NCBI GenBank assembly: GCA_050331595.1 | Contig: JBHJGQ010000017.1 | Location: 98,415 to 162,414 of the forward strand | Direction: 5' to 3' | Length of the DNA stretch: 64,000 nucleotides | Origin: Opitutales bacterium | GTDB lineage: Bacteria > Verrucomicrobiota > Verrucomicrobiia > Opitutales > JBHJGM01 | Part shown: piece by piece, positions 47,702 through 56,873 of the stretch | Layout of the letters: every line of letters begins with the position of its first letter | How positions within the stretch are numbered: position 1 is the first letter of the stretch | Made by a program: the position numbers and the translations under genes | Notes under the pieces: model-generated | The model's input: only the letters and a program-made list of their open reading frames with translations | Database searches by the model: none | What the model was told of the DNA's origin: nothing

Positions 47702-48883
47702 ATGCACCTGTCTTTACCCACTCTTCGGTTGACGGCCCTTGGTCTTTGCCTTGGCTTGTCCCCGGCTGTCGTCAATGCGGACAGTTTCTGGTATTCGGCC
47801 GCTCCGGTCACCGTGACCTTCGGCGTCGAGACGGACCCTCCCGGCTCGACACGGCTGGACGAACTGCACGTTGACCTCTCCTTCGTCGGTCCGGCGGCCC
47901 CTGCGGCCTTCGCCCTGGACCGGGTCGACACCGAGATGCTGACCAACGTCGTGCCCCTGGATCCGGCGTTCAATCACCCCTACGTCAACGCCTCTACCCA
48001 GCGAACCTTTTCGGATGAACTCCTGCCCTTCGGTCTCGACTTCCTCGACCTGGCGGACGGGCAGACCTATTGGGAACTGGCGCAAGATCCGGTCGCGGGT
48101 CAGATCTTTCTGGGCGTGAACAGTTACATCACCTCGGCCGATTTGAACCGCCGCGCCCTTTGGAATCCCGGCGTGGCCGAGCAAGGGGCCATCATCGATG
48201 GTCGCTGGATTGTCATCGATTTGATCGACGCGCAGATGCCAAGCGGCGGCAACTTCGCCCTCTACAACCTGCTCTTCTCGCCGGTTATTGGCTTTCGGGA
48301 TTTCCTGGCCACGGCGGACGGCCTCGACGCGGGCGACCGCCTGTACTTCCCCTCCAGCGGCCATGCACACTACCGCTGGGGCTTCACCCAAGCCGGTGTT
48401 TACGAACTGACTTTCCAGACGTCGACGTTCCTGGAGGGCGGTTTCGCCGAGTGGGCTGCGCTTGAGGGCCTGTCCGGCTCGAATGCGGATTTCACCGTCG
48501 ACAACGAAAGCGACCGCGCCACCGCCGGCTTGGAGTATGCCTTGGGTGAATCGGCCAACGGCTACGATCCCTCGCTGCTCCCCAGCGCCGGCGTCGATGG
48601 AGAGCATGCCATTTTATTTGTCTGCCTGCCCTTCGGCCAGCCGGACCCCGGACGCCATGATATTCGCTACGAGGTGTGGGCGCGCACCGGGCTCGACGGT
48701 CCAGAAAGTCTCATCGCCAGCAAAGAAGGCAACGCAGCCTGGGTCGCGCATGCCGGAACGGTCAGCCTTCATGAAGCACGGCGCAATCATACCGTTTTCG
48801 CCGTGCGGGATGCGGAAGTCGTCTCCGCGGCGCAGCCTCGGTTCCTGCGACTGGCGGTGACCCTGATCGAAGCGGGTCCTTGA
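47702..48883 (+). CDS. secreted protein, paralogous domain to 46103..46957
   Basis: 393 aa from ATG 47702 with a signal peptide (LGLCLGLSPAVVNA). Shares GHAHYRWGFTQAGVYELTF with HQHLNVTFTEQGTYEVEI of the PEP-CTERM protein. Confidence 0.75.
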   Translation: MHLSLPTLRLTALGLCLGLSPAVVNADSFWYSAAPVTVTFGVETDPPGSTRLDELHVDLSFVGPAAPAAFALDRVDTEMLTNVVPLDPAFNHPYVNASTQRTFSDELLPFGLDFLDLADGQTYWELAQDPVAGQIFLGVNSYITSADLNRRALWNPGVAEQGAIIDGRWIVIDLIDAQMPSGGNFALYNLLFSPVIGFRDFLATADGLDAGDRLYFPSSGHAHYRWGFTQAGVYELTFQTSTFLEGGFAEWAALEGLSGSNADFTVDNESDRATAGLEYALGESANGYDPSLLPSAGVDGEHAILFVCLPFGQPDPGRHDIRYEVWARTGLDGPESLIASKEGNAAWVAHAGTVSLHEARRNHTVFAVRDAEVVSAAQPRFLRLAVTLIEAGP

Positions 48884-48898
48884 AAAAGCCTCCGCTCG

Positions 48899-49093
48899 CT
48901 ATTCGCGGAACATCATCAGGCGCACGTTGCCCGGGGAGGGCTTGTGGCGGCCTTCGAATTTCCGGTCCAACGCGGCGGAAATGTTGTCGTGCAGCTCTTG
49001 CAGGTTTTTTCCGTCGAGGAAGATGTTTTCGCTGTAGCAGGCGGCCACAAAACTTCCTTCAAGCTCCTGGATTACCTCAAACGTAATACTCAT
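48899..49093 (-). CDS. HicB-like / DUF1902-type small protein (antitoxin fold), no partner seen
   Basis: 64 aa from ATG 49093; the ORF is open to TTG 49180. MSITFEVIQELEGSFVAACYSENIFLDGKNLQELHDNISAAL..P..VRLMMF matches the small HicB-N-like family pattern. Lies in an AT-richer pocket. Confidence 0.5.
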   Translation of the reverse strand: MSITFEVIQELEGSFVAACYSENIFLDGKNLQELHDNISAALDRKFEGRHKPSPGNVRLMMFRE

Positions 49094-49274
49094 GGAAACA
49101 ACAGCACTGTCCTTGCCGGCCTGCCAGAAACGACTGCCCGGTTGTGACAGTTTGATGACAGCTTCTGACACATTGAGCAAGCATTTTTATTTTTCGAGGC
49201 AAGAAGGATAACTTTTCCTAATCACCCATGTCCCTCTACGGGGATAACCGCAATGGCCTACGGATATGGGTCCC

Positions 49275-52016
49275 TCAGCCGTCACCCAGCGCCTTGAGCA
49301 AGCGCTCCACCTCGTCCCGCTTGGCCTGCAAGGCCTCCAGGGATTCGCGCGCCTGCGCCACCACTTCCGGCGGGGCCTTGGCCAGGAATTTTTCGTTGCT
49401 GAGCTTGGCCGAGCCCGAGGCGATCCCCTTGTCCAGTTTGGCCTGTTCGCGCGTCAGGCGCTCGATCTCGGCGGCGGTGTCGACCGCACTGGCCAGGTCC
49501 AGGTAAAGCGTTCCCAGCGCCGTCACCGCCGCCGGGAGATCCTTGGTGCCGTTGGCCGGAGCCAGCGTTTCCGCACCGATGAGCCGCAGGAGCTTGTCGC
49601 GGTTTTTGTCCAGCAGGGTTTGCTGCGTGGCGTCGGACTGAATCTGAAACGACACGTCGCGCTTGGCCGCTAGGTTATACTGCGCTTTCAAGGCGCGTCC
49701 GCGTGAAACAAGGTCGCGCAGGGCCGCCGACTCCGCCGCCGCTGTCGTGGAAATCTGGATACCTCTCGCCTCCAACCGTGACTTCAGCGCCGCGCCATCA
49801 CCCGGGTTGAGGTTTTGAATGAAGGCGCCCGCTTCGACGAAGCCCAGCCGGTGCGCCAGTTCCTCGGTGATGAAAGGTGTGAGCGGGTGCAGCCAGAGCA
49901 AGACCTGCCGCAGACACAAATCCTGCAAGGCCAGGCAGTTGGCCCGCAGCGCGTCATCGGCCAGTTTTGCCTTGGAAACCTCCACGTACCAGTCGCAGAA
50001 ATCCGCCCAAAACAGCTCGTACAGTGTCTGCGTGAGCGCGTGAAACTCGAACTGCGCGAACTGACGCGCAAAGGCGTCTTGCGCCTCAACCAGCCGGGCG
50101 AGCAAGGCGTGATCATCGGCGTCGAAGCGCTCCGGTTCCAAGCGGCTGAGAATGGCGTCGAGACTGGCGTTGTTTTCGACCGGGCCGCTCATCTGCCGGA
50201 AGCGGCAGGCGTTCCACAGCTTGTTGCAGAAGTTGCGGCCCAGCTGCACGCGGTCCTCGGAAAAGAGCACGTCGCTGCCCCTGGGGGCGCAAGCGAGCAA
50301 GCCATAGCGCAGCCCGTCGGCGCCATACTTGTCGATCAGCTCCAGTGCGTCGGGCGAGTTGCCGAGGCTCTTCGACATCTTGCGCCCCTGCGCGTCACGA
50401 ATGAGCCCGTTGAAGTACACCTTGCGAAAAGGGACGCGCTCGCGGATTTCGTCATCGCTCAGCCTGGCCTTCTCCGGCCCCATGAACTCCAGCCCGGCCA
50501 TGATCATGCGCATGACCCAGAAAAAGAGAATGTCGTGCGCGGTGACCAGGACCGAGGTCGGGTACCAGAAATCAAGTTCGCGCCGCTGCTTCGCGTCCAG
50601 GTCGGGCCAGCCCAAGGTGGCGAAGGGCCAGAGCCAGGACGAAGCCCAGGTGTCCAGCACGTCCTCCTCTTGCTCCCAATTTTCGGGGTCGGGCGGACCG
50701 TCCACAGAGACGTGGTGGTTGGCCGGGTCGGCGCGGTCGGCACCTTTTTTGTACCAAACGGGGATGCGGTGCCCCCACCACAGCTGGCGCGAGATGCACC
50801 AATCGTGCAGGTTCTCCACCCAGTTGAAGTAGGTCTTTTCGACGTGCTTGGGCGTGAACTGGACGAAGCCCGCGCGCACCGCCCGGATGGATTCCTCCAC
50901 CTTGGGGAAACGCATGAACCACTGCTCGGACAGACGCGGCTCAATCGGCACGTTGGCGCGCTCGGAAAAACCGACGGCGTTGTCGTAATCTTCCACCTGG
51001 ACGAGCAGACCCAGTTCCTCAAGCTTCTGCGCGGCGGCCTTGCGCGCGGCAAAGCGCTCCATCCCGGCAAAGTCCGGTCCGGCCCGATCATTGAGCGTGC
51101 CGTCCGGGTTGAAGACATCGACCGCCGGCAAGTCGTGACGTTGGCCAATCTCCCAGTCGGCTTTGTCGTGCGCCGGAGTGACCTTGAGGACGCCGGTGCC
51201 GAATTGGCGGTCGATGTAGCTGTCGGCCACAATCGGGATCGCCTCGCGCGGGAAGGGGCGCCAGCAGTGCTTGCCGACGAGGTGGCGGTAGCGCGCGTCA
51301 TCGGGGTGAACGGCCACGCCGGTATCGCCCATGATCGTTTCGGGCCGGGTGGTGGAAATTTCCAGGAACTCGCCGGGCGACTCGACGATTTCGTAGCGCA
51401 TCCGGTAGAGCTTGCCGCGCTGCGGTTTCATGATGACCTCCTCGTTGGAGAGGGCGGTCTGCGTGGCCGGGCACCAGTTGATCATCGCCTTGCCGCGATA
51501 GATGTAGCCGCGCTCGTGCAGCTTCACAAAGGCGGTCAGGACGGCGCGGCTGTAGCCGGGGTCCAGTGTGTGGGCAGTGCGCCGCCAGTCGCAGGAGGCC
51601 CCCAGGCGCCGCAGTTGCTTGAGGATGATCCCCCCATGCTCGTCGCGCCACTTCCCGGCGGCTTCGACAAAGCCTTCGCGGCCCAGGTCGTGACGCGTGC
51701 GGCCCTCCTTGCGCAGTTCCTTTTCGATCCGCGTTTGGGTGGCGATACCGGCGTGGTCGGTGCCGGGCATCCACAGGGCGCGCTTGCCTTCCTGCCGCGC
51801 CCGCCGCGTCAACATGTCCTGAATAGTGTTGTTGAGCAGGTGACCCATGTGTAGGACGCCCGTCACGTTGGGCGGCGGAATCATGATGCAGAATGCTTCC
51901 TGCGCTTTGTCCGCCGGGTCACCTGCCTCGGCGTGGAAGCAGCCGCCCGCTTCCCAGGCCGCATACGTGCGCGCCTCGACTGTGGAGGGGTCGTACGCCT
52001 TTGGAATCTCGCTCAT
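49275..52016 (-). CDS. valS: valyl-tRNA synthetase
   Basis: 913 aa from ATG 52016. PPPNVTGVLHMGH (HIGH), KMSKSLGN (KMSKS), C-terminal coiled coil. Confidence 0.95.
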   Translation of the reverse strand: MSEIPKAYDPSTVEARTYAAWEAGGCFHAEAGDPADKAQEAFCIMIPPPNVTGVLHMGHLLNNTIQDMLTRRARQEGKRALWMPGTDHAGIATQTRIEKELRKEGRTRHDLGREGFVEAAGKWRDEHGGIILKQLRRLGASCDWRRTAHTLDPGYSRAVLTAFVKLHERGYIYRGKAMINWCPATQTALSNEEVIMKPQRGKLYRMRYEIVESPGEFLEISTTRPETIMGDTGVAVHPDDARYRHLVGKHCWRPFPREAIPIVADSYIDRQFGTGVLKVTPAHDKADWEIGQRHDLPAVDVFNPDGTLNDRAGPDFAGMERFAARKAAAQKLEELGLLVQVEDYDNAVGFSERANVPIEPRLSEQWFMRFPKVEESIRAVRAGFVQFTPKHVEKTYFNWVENLHDWCISRQLWWGHRIPVWYKKGADRADPANHHVSVDGPPDPENWEQEEDVLDTWASSWLWPFATLGWPDLDAKQRRELDFWYPTSVLVTAHDILFFWVMRMIMAGLEFMGPEKARLSDDEIRERVPFRKVYFNGLIRDAQGRKMSKSLGNSPDALELIDKYGADGLRYGLLACAPRGSDVLFSEDRVQLGRNFCNKLWNACRFRQMSGPVENNASLDAILSRLEPERFDADDHALLARLVEAQDAFARQFAQFEFHALTQTLYELFWADFCDWYVEVSKAKLADDALRANCLALQDLCLRQVLLWLHPLTPFITEELAHRLGFVEAGAFIQNLNPGDGAALKSRLEARGIQISTTAAAESAALRDLVSRGRALKAQYNLAAKRDVSFQIQSDATQQTLLDKNRDKLLRLIGAETLAPANGTKDLPAAVTALGTLYLDLASAVDTAAEIERLTREQAKLDKGIASGSAKLSNEKFLAKAPPEVVAQARESLEALQAKRDEVERLLKALGDG

Positions 52017-52188
52017 GGGCCCGCCTGAAAAAGCCGTAAAGCACACGCGGCCACCTCCGAATTGTCAAAGCTAAAGCCGGTGCCGAGGTGGTTCACGACG
52101 GGGTTGCCGCTGCCGCCGAATCGATTATCTTGCCATCAGCGGTTAGGAACCTTTCCTCTGCTGCCGACCCGTTCAACGAAACCTCCTT

Positions 52189-55038
52189 ATGGCTCTTGCC
52201 ACGCGCCAGGAACCGCTCTTGCGCCGATTGCGCCAGCATGCGGATTCCCGTCTCGATTTCGAGACCGAAGACACCCAGGCCAACCGGCTCTCGCAGCTGC
52301 GTGCCTACCTTCGGCTCGAGAACGAGATGATGGTGCGCTACCACCGCAAGGGCGATTCGGGCCGCCGCGTCTGCCTTGCGCGCACCCTCGTCATGGACGT
52401 GTTGATCGAGCGTCTGTTCGAAGGCGCGATTGAGCAAGCCCGCGCCATCCACGGCGAGCGCCTACCGGAGGTCGGCCTGGTGGCGCTGGGTGGCTACGGG
52501 CGCTGCGAGCTGAGCCCCTTCAGCGACATCGACCTGATGTTCCTGTATCCAAATTCCCGCTACAAAGACCGCCTCCAGTCCGTTCAGCAAACCCTCACCG
52601 ACGCCGTCCTGTATCCGCTCTGGGACCTGCGCCTGAAGGTCGGCCATTCCAGCCGGACCATTCGCGAGGCGCTCGAGGAAGGACACGCCGAAATTCAGTC
52701 CCGCAACGCCTTGCTGGAGGCCCGCCTCATCTGCGGCTCCAGCGCGCTCTTCGAGCGTTTTAAGGCCAAGTTCGCGCGCCAGCTGCGCCGCGAAGACACC
52801 GCTGACTACGTGGCCTCGCGCCTGGAAGACCAGCAGAAGCGCCGCGAGAAATTCGGCGGCACGGTCTACCTGCAAGAGCCCGACATCAAGAACGGCGTGG
52901 GCGGTCTGCGCGATTACCAGAACATCATCTGGATGGCGCACATTCGCGTGGGGTCAGGCACCCTCGATGAACTGGTCAAGCGCCATTACCTGAGCAAAAA
53001 TGAACAATCGGCGCTGGAGACGGCGTACGACTTTTTACTGAGAGTACGCAACGAACTGCATTTCCAGAGTTCGCGTGCCACCGACCTGCTCAATCTCGAG
53101 AAGCAACCCCAGATCGCCTACCAACTGGGCTACGTGCAGGAAGACGTTTTCCGGCGCGTGGAGGCGTTCATGCGGCACTACTACTCGCACGCGCGCAACA
53201 TCTTCCAGATCAGTCGGATCGTGGAGCAGCGCCTGGCCCTCACCGGGATGCCGGGGAAGGCGTCGGTCACTTTCCGCGAGGCGGTGCAGGCGCGCCGAGC
53301 GGTGGTGCGCAAGCAGCTCGACGGCTTTATCCTGACCGACGGCGAACTCCAGGCCCAGCGCGATGATATCTTTCGAGAGGATCCGGTGCGTCTGCTGCGT
53401 CTCTTTCGCTACCTGCAGCAGTTCAACGCGCGGCTGGATCTGCGGCTGCATTCTCTGATCGGTCGCTCCCTGAGTTTGCTGACCCCGCGCATCCGCAACA
53501 GCCAGCCGGCGGTACGCTCGTTTCTGGGGATCCTTTCGCACCCGGGGGAGGTGTTCGAACCGCTCAGTCAGATGCACGAGCTGGGTGTGCTGGGGCGGTT
53601 CATGCCGGAGTTCGGCGATCTCACCTGCCTGGTCCAGCACGAGTACTATCACCGCTACACCGCTGATATCCATACGCTTAAGACGATCAAGGTGCTCGAC
53701 GAGGTTTTCGCTGGTACCGGGGATCACCCCCCGCAGTACGCCCGTCATTTGCGCGAGACCGAGGACCCGCCGCTGCTCTACCTGATGCTCCTGCTCCACG
53801 ACCTGGGCAAGGCCCACGGCACGCAGGGGCACCAGGAATCCGGCGTGAAAATCGCCGGTCCCATCCTCGAGCGATTGGGCCTGGATTCCGCCGTGCGCGA
53901 GAAGGTGCGCTTCAACGTCGGCAACCATCTGGAAATGGCACGATTCTGGCAACGTCATGACTTGGACAATCCACGCACGGCCGAGGCCTTCGCCCGGTTT
54001 GTGGGCTCCGCCGAGCGACTGCGCTACCTCTTTGCGCTGACCTACTGCGATGCCCAGGGAACTGCCTCCGGTCTGTGGAACGCCTACAAGGATTCGTTGC
54101 ACATGATTTTATACGACCGGACGTTTGACCGCCTCCAATCCAGCGGCCAGGCCGCCACGGACCAGGAGGAGAAGCGCCAGATGCTCTATCAGGATTTTCT
54201 GAGTCGAGAGGTACCCGGTGTCTCGCGAGAAGAAGTCGAGGCGCATTTCAGCTTGCTGCCCGAGCGCTACTTCTTGCACAACAGCGCGGCCGACGTGGAG
54301 CTGCACCTGAAGATGATCCACCAGCTGTTGACCCACATCTCCGAGTCACACTCGGTGGGCTCGCTGGTGCCGGTGATCGACTGGCGCGACGATCTCGACG
54401 AGAGCATGACGGTGGTCAACGTTGTCACCTGGGACCGCGCCGGGCTCTTCTACAAGCTTGCCGGCGCCTTCACCGTGGCCGGACTGAACATTCTCAGCAC
54501 CAAGGCCATTTCGCGCACCGATCACATCACTATCGACACCTTTTACGTGATCGAGCCCGGCGGCGGCCCTTCGCAAAACCGCGAGGCGCGCGCCATCTTC
54601 GAAGATCGCGTCGAGCAGAGCCTGCTGCGCAACGTGGACCTGCTGCCTGAGATCACCGAGCGCGCCCACCGGTCCGCAAAGCCGGCTTACTTGAAGCGCA
54701 GCGAAAACCTCCAGGCCCCCCTGCCGGCGACCGTCGACGTCTACCACGAGTTGTCCCTGCGTCGAACCATCATCGAGATCACCGCCACCGACAGCCTGGG
54801 CCTGCTCTACCGGCTCGCCCGCACCATTTTCGACCACGGCTACGACATCAGCTTTGCCCGCATCTCGACCGAGCGCGACGTTGCTCTGGACACGTTTTAC
54901 ATTGAGAAAATCAGCGCCCGCGCCGGCGAGCCCTCCTCCAACGGGCGAGGCACCGAGGCGCACAGTCTGGTTGCCCTGCGCGACGATCTGACCCGGATCA
55001 TTTCCGAGGAGAACGGTTCGAGTGCTTCGCTGGGCTAG
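52189..55038 (+). CDS. glnD: [protein-PII] uridylyltransferase / uridylyl-removing enzyme
   Basis: 949 aa. Nucleotidyltransferase GGYGRCELSPFSDIDLMFLY, HD domain HHRYTADIHTL..LLLHDLGK, and two C-terminal ACT-like repeats. Confidence 0.93.
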   Translation: MALATRQEPLLRRLRQHADSRLDFETEDTQANRLSQLRAYLRLENEMMVRYHRKGDSGRRVCLARTLVMDVLIERLFEGAIEQARAIHGERLPEVGLVALGGYGRCELSPFSDIDLMFLYPNSRYKDRLQSVQQTLTDAVLYPLWDLRLKVGHSSRTIREALEEGHAEIQSRNALLEARLICGSSALFERFKAKFARQLRREDTADYVASRLEDQQKRREKFGGTVYLQEPDIKNGVGGLRDYQNIIWMAHIRVGSGTLDELVKRHYLSKNEQSALETAYDFLLRVRNELHFQSSRATDLLNLEKQPQIAYQLGYVQEDVFRRVEAFMRHYYSHARNIFQISRIVEQRLALTGMPGKASVTFREAVQARRAVVRKQLDGFILTDGELQAQRDDIFREDPVRLLRLFRYLQQFNARLDLRLHSLIGRSLSLLTPRIRNSQPAVRSFLGILSHPGEVFEPLSQMHELGVLGRFMPEFGDLTCLVQHEYYHRYTADIHTLKTIKVLDEVFAGTGDHPPQYARHLRETEDPPLLYLMLLLHDLGKAHGTQGHQESGVKIAGPILERLGLDSAVREKVRFNVGNHLEMARFWQRHDLDNPRTAEAFARFVGSAERLRYLFALTYCDAQGTASGLWNAYKDSLHMILYDRTFDRLQSSGQAATDQEEKRQMLYQDFLSREVPGVSREEVEAHFSLLPERYFLHNSAADVELHLKMIHQLLTHISESHSVGSLVPVIDWRDDLDESMTVVNVVTWDRAGLFYKLAGAFTVAGLNILSTKAISRTDHITIDTFYVIEPGGGPSQNREARAIFEDRVEQSLLRNVDLLPEITERAHRSAKPAYLKRSENLQAPLPATVDVYHELSLRRTIIEITATDSLGLLYRLARTIFDHGYDISFARISTERDVALDTFYIEKISARAGEPSSNGRGTEAHSLVALRDDLTRIISEENGSSASLG

Positions 55039-55106
55039 CCAAGCCGTCTCGGGCAAACGGGTGCATTGAGATTGGCTTCGGCGTTGGCCCGCGCCACAAA
55101 CATTCC

Positions 55107-56858
55107 ATGAAAACGGCCAGCCTCGACGAATCCACCATCGTCGACGCGCTCTACCGCATTGTCAGTGTGGTTGGGCAGACCAACGACCCGCGCGAGGCCC
55201 TGCGGCTGATCCTCGATGAAGTCCTGCGCATCCTGCAGGGCTCCAGCGCCAGCGTCTCGCTGATCAATCCCGACACCAACTGCCTGCAGATTGAAACTTA
55301 CCGCGGCTTGCCCTCGGACTCGGCGGAGTTGCAGTTGCCCATCGGCGTGGGCGTGACCGGCTGGGTTGCCCTGCATGCTGAGCCGCTGCTGGTGCGCGAC
55401 GTGCGCGAGGAACCGCGCTACCTTTGCCTGAAGGAGAGCATCCGCTCGGAGATGGCCGTGCCGATGCTGATGGACAACCAGCGTTCCATCGGCGGCGACG
55501 CCCAGCGCTTGTGTATCGGCGTGGTCAACGTCGACAGCGACTCGCCCGACGCCTTCTCCCAGCAGGACCTCAAGGTGCTGACCCTGCTCACCGGCGAGGC
55601 CACCCGCGTGGTCAACCGCATCTGGCAGGTGCGTCAACTCGAAGCGCGCGCAAACCAGCTTCAGTCGCTCATCCGCAGCGGTCAGGAGCTGGTCAGCCGG
55701 CGCGATCTGCCCAGCTTGCTCCGCAGCATTGTGAGGCAGGCGCGCGTGCTCATGGGGTGTCGTCTGTGCACGGTTTTTTTGCTGGTGGACGGTGGACGCC
55801 GGCTGGAGCTGGGCTCCGTTTCCGGCGTGCCGCAGGAGCGCCTCGAAGCCGACGAAGACCTCAGCCTCGACGACAGCGTGGTTGGCGTGGCGGTGCGCCT
55901 GCGCAAGCAGGTGGAGGTGCTCGACATGCCCCGCGCCGAAGAAAATCACCTGCCCGAACTCACCCGCGAGCAGGGCCTGGTCTCGCTTCTGGTCTCGCCC
56001 ATTATCTGGGACAACGAAGTGATCGGCCTGCTCAATGCCTACACCGACCGTCCCCACCGTTTCAACAACGACGAGAAGCAGGTCTTCGCGACCCTCGCCA
56101 GTTTGAGCGCCGTCGCCATTCAGAACTCGCGCCTGTACGCACGCGTCTTTGCCAGTGAGGAGAGCCTGCGCAAGAACGAGCGCCTGACCACGCTGGGTCT
56201 TTTGGCAGCGGAAATCGCCCACGAGATCCGCAATCCCCTCACCGTGATCAAGCTGCTCTTTGACTCGATCACGCTGGATTTCGCTGCCGACGATGCGCGC
56301 CAAAACGACGCTGCGGTCATCCGCGAAAAGCTGGCTCAGCTCGAGGAAATCGTTGAGCGCGTGCTCAGCTTCGGGCGTTCGAGCACCGGACTGCACACGC
56401 GGTGGGCCCTTTGCCAGGCCATCGACGAAACCCTCCGGCTGGTCCGGCTGAAGTTGGAGCAGTCCAAGGTGGAACTGCACTTTGAGACCCCGTCGAGCCC
56501 GGTCGTGGTCGAGGGCAACAAAGGTCAGATTCAGCAGGCCCTGCTCAATCTGATCCTCAACGCCGTGCAGGCCATGCCGGAGGGTGGGGTCATTCGCGTG
56601 GCGGTGCAGCGGCGGGCCATCGACGGTCGCGACCAGGGCGTTGTGAGCGTCAGCGATACTGGGCCCGGCGTGCCCGAAGACTTGCGCGAGCGCATCTTCG
56701 AGAGCTTCCTCACCTCCAAGAAAGAGGGCACCGGGCTGGGGCTGGCGCTGGTCAAGCGCATCCTCAAGAGCCACCGAGGCGATGTCGAACTGGCCGAAAG
56801 CGCCGAGACCGGACTGGGCACCGGTGCCACCTTCCGCTTCTGGCTGCCTTGCGTGTAA
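55107..56858 (+). CDS. cytoplasmic GAF-GAF sensor histidine kinase
   Basis: 583 aa with no TM span. Two GAF-like regions, H-box LLAAEIAHEIRNPLT, N-box LLNLILNAVQAM, G-boxes DTGPGV and GTGLGLALV. Confidence 0.88.
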   Translation: MKTASLDESTIVDALYRIVSVVGQTNDPREALRLILDEVLRILQGSSASVSLINPDTNCLQIETYRGLPSDSAELQLPIGVGVTGWVALHAEPLLVRDVREEPRYLCLKESIRSEMAVPMLMDNQRSIGGDAQRLCIGVVNVDSDSPDAFSQQDLKVLTLLTGEATRVVNRIWQVRQLEARANQLQSLIRSGQELVSRRDLPSLLRSIVRQARVLMGCRLCTVFLLVDGGRRLELGSVSGVPQERLEADEDLSLDDSVVGVAVRLRKQVEVLDMPRAEENHLPELTREQGLVSLLVSPIIWDNEVIGLLNAYTDRPHRFNNDEKQVFATLASLSAVAIQNSRLYARVFASEESLRKNERLTTLGLLAAEIAHEIRNPLTVIKLLFDSITLDFAADDARQNDAAVIREKLAQLEEIVERVLSFGRSSTGLHTRWALCQAIDETLRLVRLKLEQSKVELHFETPSSPVVVEGNKGQIQQALLNLILNAVQAMPEGGVIRVAVQRRAIDGRDQGVVSVSDTGPGVPEDLRERIFESFLTSKKEGTGLGLALVKRILKSHRGDVELAESAETGLGTGATFRFWLPCV

Positions 56859-56873
56859 CCTCAGGCGCAGACC

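Noticed and set aside
49815-51854. 679-aa ORF antisense to valS, with similar long antisense ORFs at 3593..5038, 19782..21017, 21138..22013, 24268..25398, 26350..27624, 27988..29529, 35011..36129 and 38775..40118
   Set aside because: Each overlaps a gene with strong family motifs on the other strand. Their translations are low-complexity (R/A/G/P/V/H-rich) with no recognisable domains. They are artefacts of high GC3.
55035-56774. 579-aa ORF antisense to the histidine kinase, with similar ORFs at 56916..57977, 58233..59354, 60124..61431 and 61940..63406
   Set aside because: Same reasoning as above. The sense-strand products carry H/N/G boxes, helicase motifs, Walker motifs or the GH78 signature; the antisense products carry none.
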